The translations under genes were made by a program, and so were the position numbers. This document shows, piece by piece, positions 9,650-19,443 of a stretch of 64,000 nt of DNA. The stretch is taken from NCBI GenBank assembly GCA_035253825.1, contig DATFBM010000012.1:150054-214053 (forward strand), written 5' to 3'. Position 1 is the first letter of the stretch. Every line of letters begins with the position of its first letter. This stretch comes from Acidimicrobiia bacterium. GTDB taxonomy: Bacteria > Actinomycetota > Acidimicrobiia > Spongiisociales > ZC4RG35. A model generated the notes under the pieces. It was not told where the DNA came from and ran no database searches. It saw only the letters and a list, made by a program, of their open reading frames with translations.

Positions 9650-10245
9650 CGCCCGCGATCGATAAGGGCCAGGGCCTCCGCTCGCGTGGATGGGTTGTTG
9701 GCCATGGTTCCCCGCACCGCCGAGGTGACCGTGACGCTTCCCGGCTTCTTCACCCCGCGCATGGTCATGCACAGATGCTCGGCTTCCAGCACCACCAGGA
9801 CCCCCATGGCGTCGAGACGGTCCATCAGGGCGTCGGCCACTTGGGAGGTCAGGCGCTCTTGCATCTGCAGCCGCCGGCAGTAGCCCTCGAGCAACCGCGC
9901 AAGCTTGGAGAGTCCCGTCACCCGCCCTCTGGGAATGTAGGCGACATGCGCTTTGCCGAGGAAAGGAAGCATGTGATGCTCGCAAAAGGTTTGAAACGGA
10001 ATGTCGCGCACCATCACGATCTCCTGGTAGTGCTCGTCGCCGAAGAAGGCGTCGACCTCATCAGCGGGATCGCGATGGATGCCCTCGAAGATCTCTGCGT
10101 ACATTCGCGCCACTCGCTCTGGCGTTCCCGCCAAGCCCTCGCGAGTGGGGTCCTCGCCGATAGCGATCAGGATCTGGAGGACCGCGGCTTCGATGGCGTT
10201 TGTGTCGATAGCCCCGGAGGGGGCGGGCTGTCGGCGATCGCCCAT
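9646..10245 (-). CDS. folE: GTP cyclohydrolase I
   Basis: 199 aa. [19 protein letters not shown] motif. Confidence 0.93.
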   Translation of the reverse strand: MGDRRQPAPSGAIDTNAIEAAVLQILIAIGEDPTREGLAGTPERVARMYAEIFEGIHRDPADEVDAFFGDEHYQEIVMVRDIPFQTFCEHHMLPFLGKAHVAYIPRGRVTGLSKLARLLEGYCRRLQMQERLTSQVADALMDRLDAMGVLVVLEAEHLCMTMRGVKKPGSVTVTSAVRGTMANNPSTRAEALALIDRGR

Positions 10246-10251
10246 GTTGGG

Positions 10252-12246
10252 CTAGGAGCCGGGGGCGTCGGCCGGCTTCATCCGCGGCAGCAGGACCCGA
10301 GGCTTGCGTCCCGTCGGTTCCGGCGGGGTCGGAGCCTCGTGAGCAGCGGCGGCAGCGAGGTCGGGCTTCTTAGCTCCCATCCCTCCTTCGGGCTTGCGAA
10401 TGCGGAGCCCACCCTCGGGGTCGTGCTCCCACTTGGGCACCTCGGCGAAGATCTCGGCCAGCTCTTCCGGCCCCACCGTTTCCTTCTCGAGCAGGATCCC
10501 GACCATCCGCTCCATGGCATCGGTGTGGGATTCGAGAATGAGTAGTGCTTCGGAATGGGCGGCGTTGATCATCTGCCGAACCTCCTCGTCGATGAAGGCG
10601 GCCACCTCGTCGGAGTAATCCTGCTGGCGCACGTAGTCGCGACCCAAGAACACCTCGCCCCCCGGCCGGCCGTACTGCATGGGACCGAGCTTGTCGCTCA
10701 TCCCGAACTCCATCACCATCCGTCGAGCGATCTGGGTTGCCTTTTCGATGTCGTTGGCTGCCCCGGTGGTGGGGTCGGCGTAGATCAACTCCTCAGCGGT
10801 GCGACCCCCGAGCAACATCGCCAGCTGATCGACCAGTTCTGACCTCCGGGTTAGATATTTGTCGTGAGTCGGCAAGGCCAGTGTGTGGCCGAGGGAACGG
10901 CCCCTGGCCACGATCGTGATCTTGTGGACCGGATCGGCCATCGGCAACGCCCAACCGACCAGAGCGTGGCCAGTCTCGTGATAGGCGATAAGGCGCTTCT
11001 CGTCGTCAGTCATCACCTTGGTCTTGCGCTCCGGCCCGGCGATAACGCGATCGATCGCCTCTTCCATCTCCAGCATTGAGATCGTGCTCTTGCGGCGGCG
11101 GGCCGTGAGGAGTGCCGCCTCGTTGATCAGGTTGGCGAGGTCGGCTCCTGTGAATCCGGGAGTGCGACGAGCCATCACCTCGAGACTGACGTCGGTACCC
11201 AAGGGCTTGCCCTTGGCGTGCACCTGGAGGATCGCCTCGCGTCCGACGATGTCGGGGGCATCGATCACCACCTGGCGATCAAATCGACCCGGACGCAGCA
11301 GGGCGGGATCGAGGATGTCGGGTCGGTTGGTGGCGGCGACGACGATGACGCCGTTATTGGTGTCGAAGCCATCCAGCTCGACCAGCAACTGATTGAGGGT
11401 CTGCTCGCGCTCATCGTGTCCCCCACCCAGACCCGCTCCGCGGTGGCGGCCGACGGCGTCGATCTCATCGATGAAGACAATGGCGGGAGCGTGGCTCTTG
11501 GCCTGCTCGAAGAGGTCGCGCACCCGCGAGGCACCGACTCCCACGAACATCTCGACAAAGTCAGATCCCGAGATGGAGAGGAAGGGAACGCCTGCCTCCC
11601 CGGCCACCGCCCGCGCGAGGAGTGTCTTGCCGGTGCCAGGAGGGCCGAAGAGGAGCACGCCCTTGGGAATCTTGGCTCCCAAGGATCGGTACTTGTCGGG
11701 ATTCTGAAGGAAGTCCTTGATCTCCTGCAGTTCTTCGATCGCCTCGGCCAGGCCGGCGACATCGTTGAAGGTCACCCGCGGCTGCTCTTTGGAAAACATG
11801 CGGGCTCTCGCCTTGCCGAACTGCATCACCCGGTTTCCGCTCCCCTGCATTTGCATGAAGATGAAGATCATGAAGCCGAGAAGGAATACCCAGGGCAAGA
11901 GGCTGATGAGGATCGCCCAGAGACCATCGGGTTGGTTGTTGACCTGGAAGAAGACTCCGCCGTTCTTGAGAAGCTCGGTGAGCTCGCCTTCCCAACCGTC
12001 GGGGTAGTCGGCGATGACGTCGTAACGATCGGCGGGAAGCGGGGAGCCTTCCACGCGACCCTGGACCTGGTTGGACCGGGTGAGGACCTCAACCGCGACG
12101 ATCTGTTCCCGGTTGACCTCATCCAAGAACTTGGTAAGGGTTACTTCCTGGGGCTGGCCCCACTGGTCAAACCAACGCTGTGCCAAGAGCGCAAGGGCCA
12201 TGATGGCAATGGCATAGATAGCCAAAGTGCGAAGGGAACGATTCAC
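10252..12246 (-). CDS. ftsH: ATP-dependent zinc metalloprotease FtsH (copy 1)
   Basis: 664 aa. Two N-terminal TM segments, [18 protein letters not shown] Walker [10 protein letters not shown] zinc site, and a charged C-terminal tail. Confidence 0.95.
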   Translation of the reverse strand: MNRSLRTLAIYAIAIMALALLAQRWFDQWGQPQEVTLTKFLDEVNREQIVAVEVLTRSNQVQGRVEGSPLPADRYDVIADYPDGWEGELTELLKNGGVFFQVNNQPDGLWAILISLLPWVFLLGFMIFIFMQMQGSGNRVMQFGKARARMFSKEQPRVTFNDVAGLAEAIEELQEIKDFLQNPDKYRSLGAKIPKGVLLFGPPGTGKTLLARAVAGEAGVPFLSISGSDFVEMFVGVGASRVRDLFEQAKSHAPAIVFIDEIDAVGRHRGAGLGGGHDEREQTLNQLLVELDGFDTNNGVIVVAATNRPDILDPALLRPGRFDRQVVIDAPDIVGREAILQVHAKGKPLGTDVSLEVMARRTPGFTGADLANLINEAALLTARRRKSTISMLEMEEAIDRVIAGPERKTKVMTDDEKRLIAYHETGHALVGWALPMADPVHKITIVARGRSLGHTLALPTHDKYLTRRSELVDQLAMLLGGRTAEELIYADPTTGAANDIEKATQIARRMVMEFGMSDKLGPMQYGRPGGEVFLGRDYVRQQDYSDEVAAFIDEEVRQMINAAHSEALLILESHTDAMERMVGILLEKETVGPEELAEIFAEVPKWEHDPEGGLRIRKPEGGMGAKKPDLAAAAAHEAPTPPEPTGRKPRVLLPRMKPADAPGS

Positions 12247-12273
12247 GGGTTCCTAGATGCTACGACCAGTTTC

Positions 12274-12383
12274 CAGATATCAGACATCAGATTTCAGACG
12301 TCAGATCTCAGATTCGGTCTGTTAACGGATGTCTGAAGTCTGATGTCTTAAGTCTGATGTCCTAAGTCTGATGTCTTAAGTCT
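12274..12383. repeat. dyad-symmetric array of heptad repeats in the hpt-ftsH intergenic region
   Basis: Left arm 12274..12315 is six heptads CAGAYNT (cagatat cagacat cagattt cagacgt cagatct cagattc). The spacer contains GTTAAC. Right arm 12328..12383 is eight complementary heptads (gatgtct gaagtct gatgtct taagtct gatgtcc taagtct gatgtct taagtct), equivalent to four 14-mers ATGTCTTAAGTCTG. The hpt stop codon (12376..12378) lies in the last unit. Confidence 0.85.
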
Positions 12384-12900
12384 CTTCCATCACCCCGACA
12401 TAGGGGAGGTTGCGGTAGAGGCCGGCGTAGTCGAGGCCATAGCCCACCACGAACTCGGGGCCGATTCGAAAGCCGACGTACTTCACGTCGAGGGGGATTC
12501 GCTGGATTCCCTCCTTCAAGAGCAGGGCCGCCACTTCAAGCGAGGCCGGGCGCCGCACCTGCAGCGATTTGAGGAGATAGCTGAGGGTGAGCCCGGAGTC
12601 GATGATGTCCTCGACGATCAGAACGTCCTTGCCGGCGATTTCGTTGTCCAGGTCCTTGAGGATCCGCACTACTCCGGATGTCTGCGTCGATGCTCCGTAA
12701 GAAGACACCGCCATGAAATCGAACGCGACCGGAACCGAGATGTGCCGAGCGAGATCGGCCATGACGATGAAGGCACCCTTGAGGACCCCGACCATCAGGA
12801 GGTCGCGCCCGCGGTAGTCGTCGCTGATCTCCTTGCCCATCTTCTCCAGAGCGGACGAGATCTCGTCCGCCGAGATCAGGTTGCGAATGTTCGACTCCAC
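12376..12900 (-). CDS. hpt: hypoxanthine phosphoribosyltransferase
   Basis: 174 aa. PRPP-binding motif VLIVEDIIDSGLTLS. Confidence 0.92.
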   Translation of the reverse strand: MESNIRNLISADEISSALEKMGKEISDDYRGRDLLMVGVLKGAFIVMADLARHISVPVAFDFMAVSSYGASTQTSGVVRILKDLDNEIAGKDVLIVEDIIDSGLTLSYLLKSLQVRRPASLEVAALLLKEGIQRIPLDVKYVGFRIGPEFVVGYGLDYAGLYRNLPYVGVMEET

Positions 12901-12909
12901 GTTCCAAAC

Positions 12910-13845
12910 CTAGCGCCGCGGATCGACGTCGCCGCCGTGGCCCGGGCGGGCGCAGATAAGCCACGGGCCCTCCCTATAAACGCGTAGCCCGCCGGTCAAC
13001 TCCGCGGCCGTGGCGCCCCCGGTGACCACCTCCCAGATTCTCGCCAACTCCGCCCGGTCGGGACCATATCCCTGGTAGAGCCGGCGCAGCGAGGCTCGCA
13101 GGATGGCAGCCGCCCGCTCGAACCCGACTGCCCACAGAATCGAATTCGACACCCTCCAGTCTCTGTCTCGATGCTCCCCGACGGGATCCTCGGCGCTAAC
13201 CGCCGTGAACGCCTGCGCCGCCGCCACTAGCGCCGAGCGGATTCCCGGATTGAACTCGGCTTCGATTGTGGGGAGCAGCCAGTGTCGGATCCGATTGCGT
13301 TGATAGGAGAGGTCATCGTTTTGGGGGTCGTCGACCCATGCCAGCTCCGCCAGAGTGGCGAATTCGCGGGTCTCCGATCGGGTCACCTCCAGGAATGGGC
13401 GCACAATTCGTCCCCGTCGGGCGGGAATTCCGGCCAGACCGCCGCTCCCCGCTCCTCGCATCAGGTTGGCGAGAACGGTTTCAGCCTGATCGTCGCGGGT
13501 GTGGCCGGTGAGAAGCCACTCTTGAGAGGTCAGAGCCGATTCGAGAAGCCGATAGCGCTCGCGGCGGGCGGTCTCCTCCCGAAATGGCTCCACTTTCAGG
13601 GCTGCGATCACCAGCGGCAGATGGAGGCGGTCGGCGATTGCCCGGGCGGCTTGCTCCATCCGATCGGAGGTCGGCAGGCCGTGATGGACGTGCATCGCCC
13701 GGGTCGATTGCCGACCCGCCGCCAGCTCCGCCAGCGCCGCCGAGTCCGCCCCGCCGGATAGGGCGACGACTAACGGGCCCGCAGGCAGGCTGGTCCGGGC
13801 CTCGATTTGTCGGCGTAACTCCTCTAGGCGACGCGTCGCAGCCAT
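12910..13845 (-). CDS. tilS: tRNA(Ile)-lysidine synthase
   Basis: 311 aa. PP-loop LVVALSGGADSAAL. Conserved position next to hpt. Confidence 0.88.
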   Translation of the reverse strand: MAATRRLEELRRQIEARTSLPAGPLVVALSGGADSAALAELAAGRQSTRAMHVHHGLPTSDRMEQAARAIADRLHLPLVIAALKVEPFREETARRERYRLLESALTSQEWLLTGHTRDDQAETVLANLMRGAGSGGLAGIPARRGRIVRPFLEVTRSETREFATLAELAWVDDPQNDDLSYQRNRIRHWLLPTIEAEFNPGIRSALVAAAQAFTAVSAEDPVGEHRDRDWRVSNSILWAVGFERAAAILRASLRRLYQGYGPDRAELARIWEVVTGGATAAELTGGLRVYREGPWLICARPGHGGDVDPRR

Positions 13846-14861
13846 TCGCCCGGGCTGTGGATCTCGGGGAGGGTGGGGAGTGATTCGGGTCCTGCCCAGG
13901 CGCGGTCGAGTGCGGGCCAGCCCGCCTCCTTCTCGACTTCGACGATGAAGGCTTCGCCCAACTCGTACTGCTTCATCTTCATCTCCATGCCGAGGAGTCT
14001 GAACAACGCCGCCGTCCGCGGGTCGCGACGGCGCGCCTTGAGAATCGCCGACATGCGATCCTGACTGGGAAGGAGCCGAGCGCCGATTCGATCCATCACC
14101 ACGTGGCCGTGGCCCTCGAGCAGAGACATCAACGCCTGCACCCGATCGATGACTGACTTTTGCTCGGGAGTGGCAAAGAGCCCAAGCAGGCCCGAATCAT
14201 CGATAAGGGGTCTATTGCTGCGCCCGGCCTCGATGACCTCGGCCACCAGTCGCGATAGGCGGCCGGGGGTAGGACCTGCACTCGCGACCAGCTGATCGAT
14301 CAGCGCGAGGAAATAGTCCCGTAGCCAAGGCACTCCGAGGAATTGCGCTCGGTGGGTGGCCTCGTGGAGCACGATCCACATTCGAAATTCCGAGGGGCGG
14401 AACTGATGCTGTCGTTCGAGGGCGAGGATGTTGGCTCCGACCAGCGCCACCACATCGCCTGATTCATCTTCCGGCAAGACCAGTTCGTATTGTCCCAACA
14501 CTCGCTTGGCGAGCAGGCCCAGCAGGGCCCCAGTCTCGATGGCGATGACTCTGCGGGCGAACGCCGGGCTGCTGCGACCGGCTTCCTCCAGCCGGAAGGC
14601 AATCTTTTCCTCCAATGGGGCCAGCATCCTCGCGAACGTTGCCAGGTTTCGCTCCGCCCACTCGCCCCGGGAAACAACTCTCACTTCAGGAGCGCCCGGA
14701 GTGGTGAGGCCGGTCTCCTTTTCGACCAAGCCGGCCGCCTCGGAGAAAAGCTCGGGCACCTGAGCCCTCATATGAGCGAGGTGGTAGGTGTCGGCGAGTG
14801 GATAAGTCCCGGCGATCCTGGTCGCCACTGGCACCGCCAGTGGCCAGCGACCCTCGCTCAC
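13824..14861 (-). CDS. zinc-dependent metalloprotease-like protein (DUF2342 family)
   Basis: 345 aa. HEATHRAQF (HExxH). It sits beside tilS, like the conserved actinobacterial hypothetical gene at that position. Confidence 0.7.
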   Translation of the reverse strand: MSEGRWPLAVPVATRIAGTYPLADTYHLAHMRAQVPELFSEAAGLVEKETGLTTPGAPEVRVVSRGEWAERNLATFARMLAPLEEKIAFRLEEAGRSSPAFARRVIAIETGALLGLLAKRVLGQYELVLPEDESGDVVALVGANILALERQHQFRPSEFRMWIVLHEATHRAQFLGVPWLRDYFLALIDQLVASAGPTPGRLSRLVAEVIEAGRSNRPLIDDSGLLGLFATPEQKSVIDRVQALMSLLEGHGHVVMDRIGARLLPSQDRMSAILKARRRDPRTAALFRLLGMEMKMKQYELGEAFIVEVEKEAGWPALDRAWAGPESLPTLPEIHSPGEWLRRVA

Positions 14862-15190
14862 CGGATCACGCGATAGCGCTTGCGGACCACGCGGGTGAAG
14901 TACTGGATGACCGTGACGATCACCACCAACGCAGCTAGCACCAAGAGCGTGGGGATGAAGAAGCGATAAGTCCAGTCGGGTTGGGTTTCCGGTGGTTCGG
15001 TCACCTCCACCGAGACCGCGGGCACAATCGCCTCGAGCGTGGTGGCGGACTCGCCGGCGGTCGTGCCCGTTCCCTCGGCGACGGTGGTTGCGGTCCCTGG
15101 ACCGGTGGTGGTGGTCGCCCCAAGGGGAAAGGTCAGACCAATGACGAGGAAAGAAACAATGAGGAACGCCAGCAAGCGACGAGATCCCAT
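14858..15190 (-). CDS. small membrane protein with a Thr/Gly-rich low-complexity linker
   Basis: 110 aa. N-terminal hydrophobic segment LLAFLIVSFLVIGLTF, a T/G/A-rich middle, and a C-terminal TM FFIPTLLVLAALVVIVTVIQYF. ATGA-type overlap with the downstream gene. Confidence 0.5.
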   Translation of the reverse strand: MGSRRLLAFLIVSFLVIGLTFPLGATTTTGPGTATTVAEGTGTTAGESATTLEAIVPAVSVEVTEPPETQPDWTYRFFIPTLLVLAALVVIVTVIQYFTRVVRKRYRVIR

Positions 15191-15223
15191 CCGAGAGGTG
15201 AGCCTAATCAGAGGTAGGGAAAG

Positions 15224-15517
15224 CTACGGACCGTTCTGGATCGCCTGGCGAAGTCGCTCCATGAATTCCGGCGGGACCTCTTCGTGCAGGCGCTCCTTGA
15301 CGACCACCCGCAGTCTCTGCTCAAACTTGTAGGCCTGAACACAGGGTGGGCAACCCTTGAGGTGGCGACGAATAATCCAGGAGCGGTACCAGTTGACCTC
15401 TTGGTCGAGGTAGCTGTAGACCTCGTGGAGGGCGTCGTCGCAATCGCTCAAAGCTGTCTCTCTGGTTGATTCATCGGGGCCGGTCGCCTTCGCCGACCAA
15501 CCCGCGCTTGGTTGCAA
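15224..15517 (-). CDS. rshA: ZAS-family anti-sigma factor (RshA/RsrA-like)
   Basis: HLKGCPPC matches the HxxxCxxC zinc/redox motif, with an upstream Cys in [15 protein letters not shown]. It lies directly downstream of the sigH-like gene. The true start may be TTG at 15451 (76 aa), which avoids a 47-nt overlap with the sigma gene. Confidence 0.8.
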   Translation of the reverse strand: MQPSAGWSAKATGPDESTRETALSDCDDALHEVYSYLDQEVNWYRSWIIRRHLKGCPPCVQAYKFEQRLRVVVKERLHEEVPPEFMERLRQAIQNGP

Positions 15518-16049
15518 AATCCCACAACGCCACCTGGAGCGCCTTTCTTCCCCGATGGAGCCGGGACATCACGGTACCTATGGGAATGTCGAGGATGTCG
15601 GCGATCTCCTTGTAGGAGAATCCTTCCAGATCGGCGAGGAGAACCACCATCCGAAAGTTCTCCGGCAAGCTCTCGATCGCCTGCTTGATGTCCTCCTCGA
15701 CGAGGCCCTCGAGGAGCTGATCCTCGGCCGAGCCCGAGCTCGTGGGCGACGTCTCTCGTGCCAGGCGGCGAAACAGATAGAGATCTTCAAGCTCGCCGAG
15801 ATCGGTTTCCTGGGGCCGTCGGGTGTCGCGGCGGTAATTGTTGATGAAGGTGTTGGTGAGAATGCGGTAGAGCCAGGCCTTGAGATTGGTGCCTTCTTCG
15901 AACGTGTTGTAGGCCCGGTAAGCCTTGAGGAAGGTCTCTTGGACGAGATCTTCGGCGTCGGCGGGGTTGCGTGTGAGCCGCACCGCCGCCCCGTAGAGCT
16001 GGGGGGCGAGGGGCATGGCATCGCGCTCGAAGTTCGCCTGATCCGCCAT
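15471..16049 (-). CDS. sigH: ECF-type RNA polymerase sigma factor, SigH/SigR-like
   Basis: 192 aa. Region 2 [43 protein letters not shown]. Region 4 [28 protein letters not shown]. Confidence 0.88.
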   Translation of the reverse strand: MADQANFERDAMPLAPQLYGAAVRLTRNPADAEDLVQETFLKAYRAYNTFEEGTNLKAWLYRILTNTFINNYRRDTRRPQETDLGELEDLYLFRRLARETSPTSSGSAEDQLLEGLVEEDIKQAIESLPENFRMVVLLADLEGFSYKEIADILDIPIGTVMSRLHRGRKALQVALWDFATKRGLVGEGDRPR

Positions 16050-16085
16050 TCCTCAACGGTAGCGAGAGGCACTGACATCCCAACT

Positions 16086-16185
16086 GCGCGGATTTCTACG
16101 TGCCAGCGACGGACAAATCGACACAGAACCGACGACGACCGGGCCCGAGCGGATTTATAGGTGCCACCGACGGAAAAATCCGCGC
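16086..16185. repeat. two ~35-bp direct repeats between tRNA-Thr and sigH, each with internal GATTT-N19-AAATC symmetry
   Basis: Copy A is 16086..16120 gcgcggatttctacgtgccagcgacggacaaatcg. Copy B is 16147..16181 gagcggatttataggtgccaccgacggaaaaatcc. They match at 29 of 35 positions and start 61 nt apart. On the coding (minus) strand each copy carries TGGCAC followed by TAGAAAT or TATAAAT. Confidence 0.75.
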
Positions 16186-16194
16186 AGAAGGTCG

Positions 16195-16267
16195 AGCCGG
16201 AGAGGGGAGTCGAACCCCTGACCTGCTCATTACGAGTGAGCTGCTCTGCCAACTGAGCTACCCCGGC
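16195..16267 (-). tRNA. tRNA-Thr (anticodon CGT)
   Basis: The reverse complement GCCGGGGTAGCTCAGTTGGCAGAGCAGCTCACTCGTAATGAGCAGGTCAGGGGTTCGACTCCCCTCTCCGGCT folds as a 73-nt cloverleaf. It has a 7-bp acceptor stem with one G-U pair, anticodon loop CTCGTAA and T-loop GGTTCGACTCC. No CCA is encoded. Confidence 0.9.
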
Positions 16268-16300
16268 GGTAGCTAAAAGGATAATTCGACCGTCCTCGGT

Positions 16301-17350
16301 TCAGTCAGCGGCCAAGGCCGAGAAGAGCGCCGCCAGCACCGGGACCGGCCGCAGATTGCCCGCCAGATCGACGATGGCGTCGAGCACCAAATGGGAGGCA
16401 GCCACAGCCCGCGCCGGTGAGGATCGAGTGAGCTCGGGAAGCGGGACATCAGTGTTGCGAATCGGCCCCCCTAGCTGCAGCGAGGCCGAGTCGAGATAGA
16501 AGGAGGCCAGGATCTCGAGCCCCCCGGCCAGCAAGGACTGGCTCGCCCGGCGCTTCGCCCGATCGCGCTGATCGGCGGTCGGCTGAGGAGAAGCCACCTC
16601 GGTCGCCAGCGGGTCGATTCGGGCCAGCATCTCCTCGGCCATGGTGATGGAATCGCCGGGACGGGCGCTGAGCCGGCTCGGGACCGACAGCCATGCTTGG
16701 CGCAACTCGGCGATCTGGGGCTGACCGGCGAGCTGAAGGGCCAGACCAGGTCGACCGCCACTCACCAGAGCCAGAACCCGAGCCTTCTCCTCCTCGATGC
16801 CTCGGTCCATCAGGGCCGCGGTCAGATCGTCTTCGGGAACTCTTCCCACTCGGACGATGCGGCAACGGCTCGCCACCGTCGGCGGAAAGTCTTCTTCGGA
16901 CTCCGCCACCAGCAGGAACACCACGGCCGCGCTCGGCTCTTCCAGCGTCTTCAACAAGGCGTTTGCGGCCTGATCGGTCATCATCCCTGCCTCCTCGATG
17001 AGGAAGAGGCGCCGGTCGGACTCCACCGGAGTCAACACCGCCTGGCCGACCACCCATCGGGCGGTGTCGGCGCCAAGGCTTGTCCGCCCTTCGGGTTCAA
17101 CCAGCACCAGGTCCGGATGGTTGCCGGTTCCGATTCGCCGGCACGAAGAGCAGGCCTCGTCGTGTGTCCCGTGCTCTGGACAGAGGAGAAGCCGGGCGAA
17201 CTCTCGGGCCAACGTTGCCTTGCCAGTGCCGGTTGGGCCGACGAAGAGGTAGGCGTGGGATGGATTGTGGAGTTCGCTTTCAAGGAACACCAGAACGTCG
17301 TCATGGCCGATCAGCGGACCAACATCCGCGGCGCGGGCGAGATCGGTCAC
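16301..17350 (-). CDS. holB: DNA polymerase III subunit delta'
   Basis: 349 aa. FVGPTGTGKATLAREFARLLLC, a Cys cluster (CSSCRR), and LFLIEEAGMM. Confidence 0.85.
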   Translation of the reverse strand: MTDLARAADVGPLIGHDDVLVFLESELHNPSHAYLFVGPTGTGKATLAREFARLLLCPEHGTHDEACSSCRRIGTGNHPDLVLVEPEGRTSLGADTARWVVGQAVLTPVESDRRLFLIEEAGMMTDQAANALLKTLEEPSAAVVFLLVAESEEDFPPTVASRCRIVRVGRVPEDDLTAALMDRGIEEEKARVLALVSGGRPGLALQLAGQPQIAELRQAWLSVPSRLSARPGDSITMAEEMLARIDPLATEVASPQPTADQRDRAKRRASQSLLAGGLEILASFYLDSASLQLGGPIRNTDVPLPELTRSSPARAVAASHLVLDAIVDLAGNLRPVPVLAALFSALAAD

Positions 17351-17958
17351 GTGCCGGAGCGCTTGGCTTCGATGAGGTCGACGATCTCTTTGGCCACCGC
17401 TTCAGGATCGTCACCCGCAGGGACAATTGTCACCCGGTCCGGTTCGGCCGCTTCGAGCTGCCGATAAGCGTCGGCAACTCTTAGCTGGAATTGGTCATGC
17501 TCCCGGCCGATCCGATCCGGAACCTCCTGGCGTAAGCGACCGACTTCGGGGTCAACCCCAAGCACGACGACCAGTTCGGGAACGAGCCCACCCACGGCGA
17601 GGAGATTCGCACCGAGAACGTCCGAGTATGCAAGGCCCCGGCCCCCAGCCTGATAGGCGAGCGAGGAGTATAGAGAACGGTCGGAGATGACAATCTCGCC
17701 CCGCTCCAACGCCGGACGTACGACTTCGCTCACCAGCTGGGCCCGTTGGGCGGCGAAGAGCATCGCCTCTGCCCACGGAGTCATATCGACGGAGTGAAGG
17801 ACCAGGAGCCGGATAGCGTCGCCGAGCTCGGTGCCACCCGGCTCTCTCACCAGAGTCACTCGCTCGCCCCGTTTCTCGAGCATCTCCTGGAGGAGGGCGG
17901 AGACCGTGGTCTTCCCCGCTCCTTCTCCCCCTTCGAGAGCGAGGTAGAAACCCGTCAT
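17347..17958 (-). CDS. tmk: thymidylate kinase
   Basis: 203 aa. P-loop ALEGGEGAGKTT. 4-nt overlap with holB. Confidence 0.9.
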   Translation of the reverse strand: MTGFYLALEGGEGAGKTTVSALLQEMLEKRGERVTLVREPGGTELGDAIRLLVLHSVDMTPWAEAMLFAAQRAQLVSEVVRPALERGEIVISDRSLYSSLAYQAGGRGLAYSDVLGANLLAVGGLVPELVVVLGVDPEVGRLRQEVPDRIGREHDQFQLRVADAYRQLEAAEPDRVTIVPAGDDPEAVAKEIVDLIEAKRSGT

Positions 17959-19373
17959 TGCCCTGCCTGATCGTCGCGGCGGAACCGCGCACCGCTGCGA
18001 TCGCCTCGCATCCAGGTGATGGCATCACTGGCTTCGGCGAGAGTCGTGAGCTGCTCGTGATTGAGATGAGCCCGAAGCTCCTCCCGAGAAGCCCAGAGCA
18101 CCGCAATACCGACCACCGTCACGACGGCACCCCCCAGGACGATGACAGCTCGAATCCCCTCGTTGAGCTCGCCCGCCAGAACACCATCCAGAGCCGCGGC
18201 ACCGACTCCTGCCAGGGCGAAGGAGATCAGGAGGGCTACGCGAGCAAAAGCGAACATTGCCGCGAAGGTACGGCCCCGGAGGGAATCGTCAACCGTGGCG
18301 TGGAGTTGGGTGAAGCCGGTGACGTAGGCGACTCCGGTTCCGACGCCGGTAAAGAAGGTCCACCCCGCGGCAATCGAGACGGTGTTGGCAAACCCGGTGA
18401 AGACGATCGCAATGCCGGTACCGAGCAGCGCCAGTGAGAACAACAGCTGGCGACGGGTGTTCATCGTCCCAAGGATGGTCACGCCGAGCATCCCCAGCCC
18501 GACCCCCACCCCCAACGAGGTGGCGATCAGGCCGTAGCCCGAGTCCGAGGCTCGCAGCACCTGGCGGGCAAACGGCTGACCGATAACAAATAGCGCCCCT
18601 CCTCCGAACAGTCCGGCCGCCATGCCCAAGATCATCCTCCGAATCGGACCGCTGCGAGTGACGAAACGAAAGCCGTCGACCAGGTCGCGCCAGGGAGCCC
18701 GGAAGTCGGTGCGGGTTCGAGCCTTTCGGTCCCGGGGGACTCTGACCTCGGGAACATCCGTAAAAAGGACGATCACCGCCGAGGCCAGGAACGTAACGGC
18801 ATCGAAAACGAAGGCTGCTCCGATGGAGGGCCCGAAGCTTCCAAACTCGGGCAGCCTCGATCCGATCTCGCTCAAACCGGCAAAGAGCGCCGACCCGATG
18901 GGTGCGGTTCCATAGTTCGAGAGCAGCGAGAGTCCGTTGGCCGTCAGCAGGTGCCGCTCCGGAATCAGGTTCGGGACCACCGCCTCGCGGGCGGGCTGGC
19001 GCACCATCGACAGGAGCTCGGTGATAAACGTAAGGACGAATAGCTGCCGGAAGTTGTCGACGAACAGAAACCCGCCGGCCAGGACAGCCCTTCCCAGGTC
19101 GCTCACCAGCATGGTCGCCTTCCGGCTCCAGCGATCGGCCAGAACCCCGCCCACAAAGCCCAGTACCAGCGCCGGGAGAATTCTTCCGACCAGGGGAACA
19201 AGGATGCCGAGGCTGGCGCCCCTTCCTCCGCCGGAGATCCTGGCAGCGAGGGCAAAGCTGGCGAAGAGCGTCACCCAGTCGCCCAGAGATGAGATCGCCT
19301 GCGACCACCAGATACGGGCGAAAGGGCCCCTTCTGATCAAATCTCGGCCACGCAGTTCAGAAATGGTGTCCAT
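17955..19373 (-). CDS. MFS transporter
   Basis: I use the internal start MDTISELRG at 19373; the longer ORF to 19487 would overlap topA. Multiple TM segments and an MFS-like GVLADRWSRK motif. Confidence 0.75.
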   Translation of the reverse strand: MDTISELRGRDLIRRGPFARIWWSQAISSLGDWVTLFASFALAARISGGGRGASLGILVPLVGRILPALVLGFVGGVLADRWSRKATMLVSDLGRAVLAGGFLFVDNFRQLFVLTFITELLSMVRQPAREAVVPNLIPERHLLTANGLSLLSNYGTAPIGSALFAGLSEIGSRLPEFGSFGPSIGAAFVFDAVTFLASAVIVLFTDVPEVRVPRDRKARTRTDFRAPWRDLVDGFRFVTRSGPIRRMILGMAAGLFGGGALFVIGQPFARQVLRASDSGYGLIATSLGVGVGLGMLGVTILGTMNTRRQLLFSLALLGTGIAIVFTGFANTVSIAAGWTFFTGVGTGVAYVTGFTQLHATVDDSLRGRTFAAMFAFARVALLISFALAGVGAAALDGVLAGELNEGIRAVIVLGGAVVTVVGIAVLWASREELRAHLNHEQLTTLAEASDAITWMRGDRSGARFRRDDQAGQ

Positions 19374-19443
19374 GTGCCGCAGAGCTAGAGCTTGACAGTT
19401 GACGCCAGACGGTAGACAGTGAAAAAAGGGAACCGGCCACGCA

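Noticed and set aside
8786-9985. 399-aa extended version of the folP ORF
   Set aside because: The N-terminal 112 aa are Arg/Gly/Pro-rich and run through the folE coding region. The internal ATG at 9649 gives a canonical FolP with an ATGA junction to folE.
11218-12336. 372-aa + strand ORF across ftsH and into the heptad-repeat region
   Set aside because: It is antisense to ftsH copy 1, whose frame has all AAA+ and zinc-protease motifs. No recognisable domains.
12274-12383. Possible CRISPR array
   Set aside because: The units are only 7 or 14 nt, directly abutting with no spacers, and arranged as an inverted dyad. No cas genes are present in the window.
16086-16181. Sigma-54 promoter (TGGCAC present in both repeat copies)
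   Set aside because: The -12 element TTGC at the required 5-nt spacing is absent (GTAGAAATCC and CTATAAATCC). Actinobacteria generally lack RpoN, and no enhancer-binding protein gene is nearby.
19392-19418. Candidate topA promoter (perfect TTGACA at 19392..19397, TAGACA at 19413..19418)
   Set aside because: The spacer is only 15 nt and the -10 hexamer is weak. It cannot be supported without TSS data, so it is not listed as a feature.
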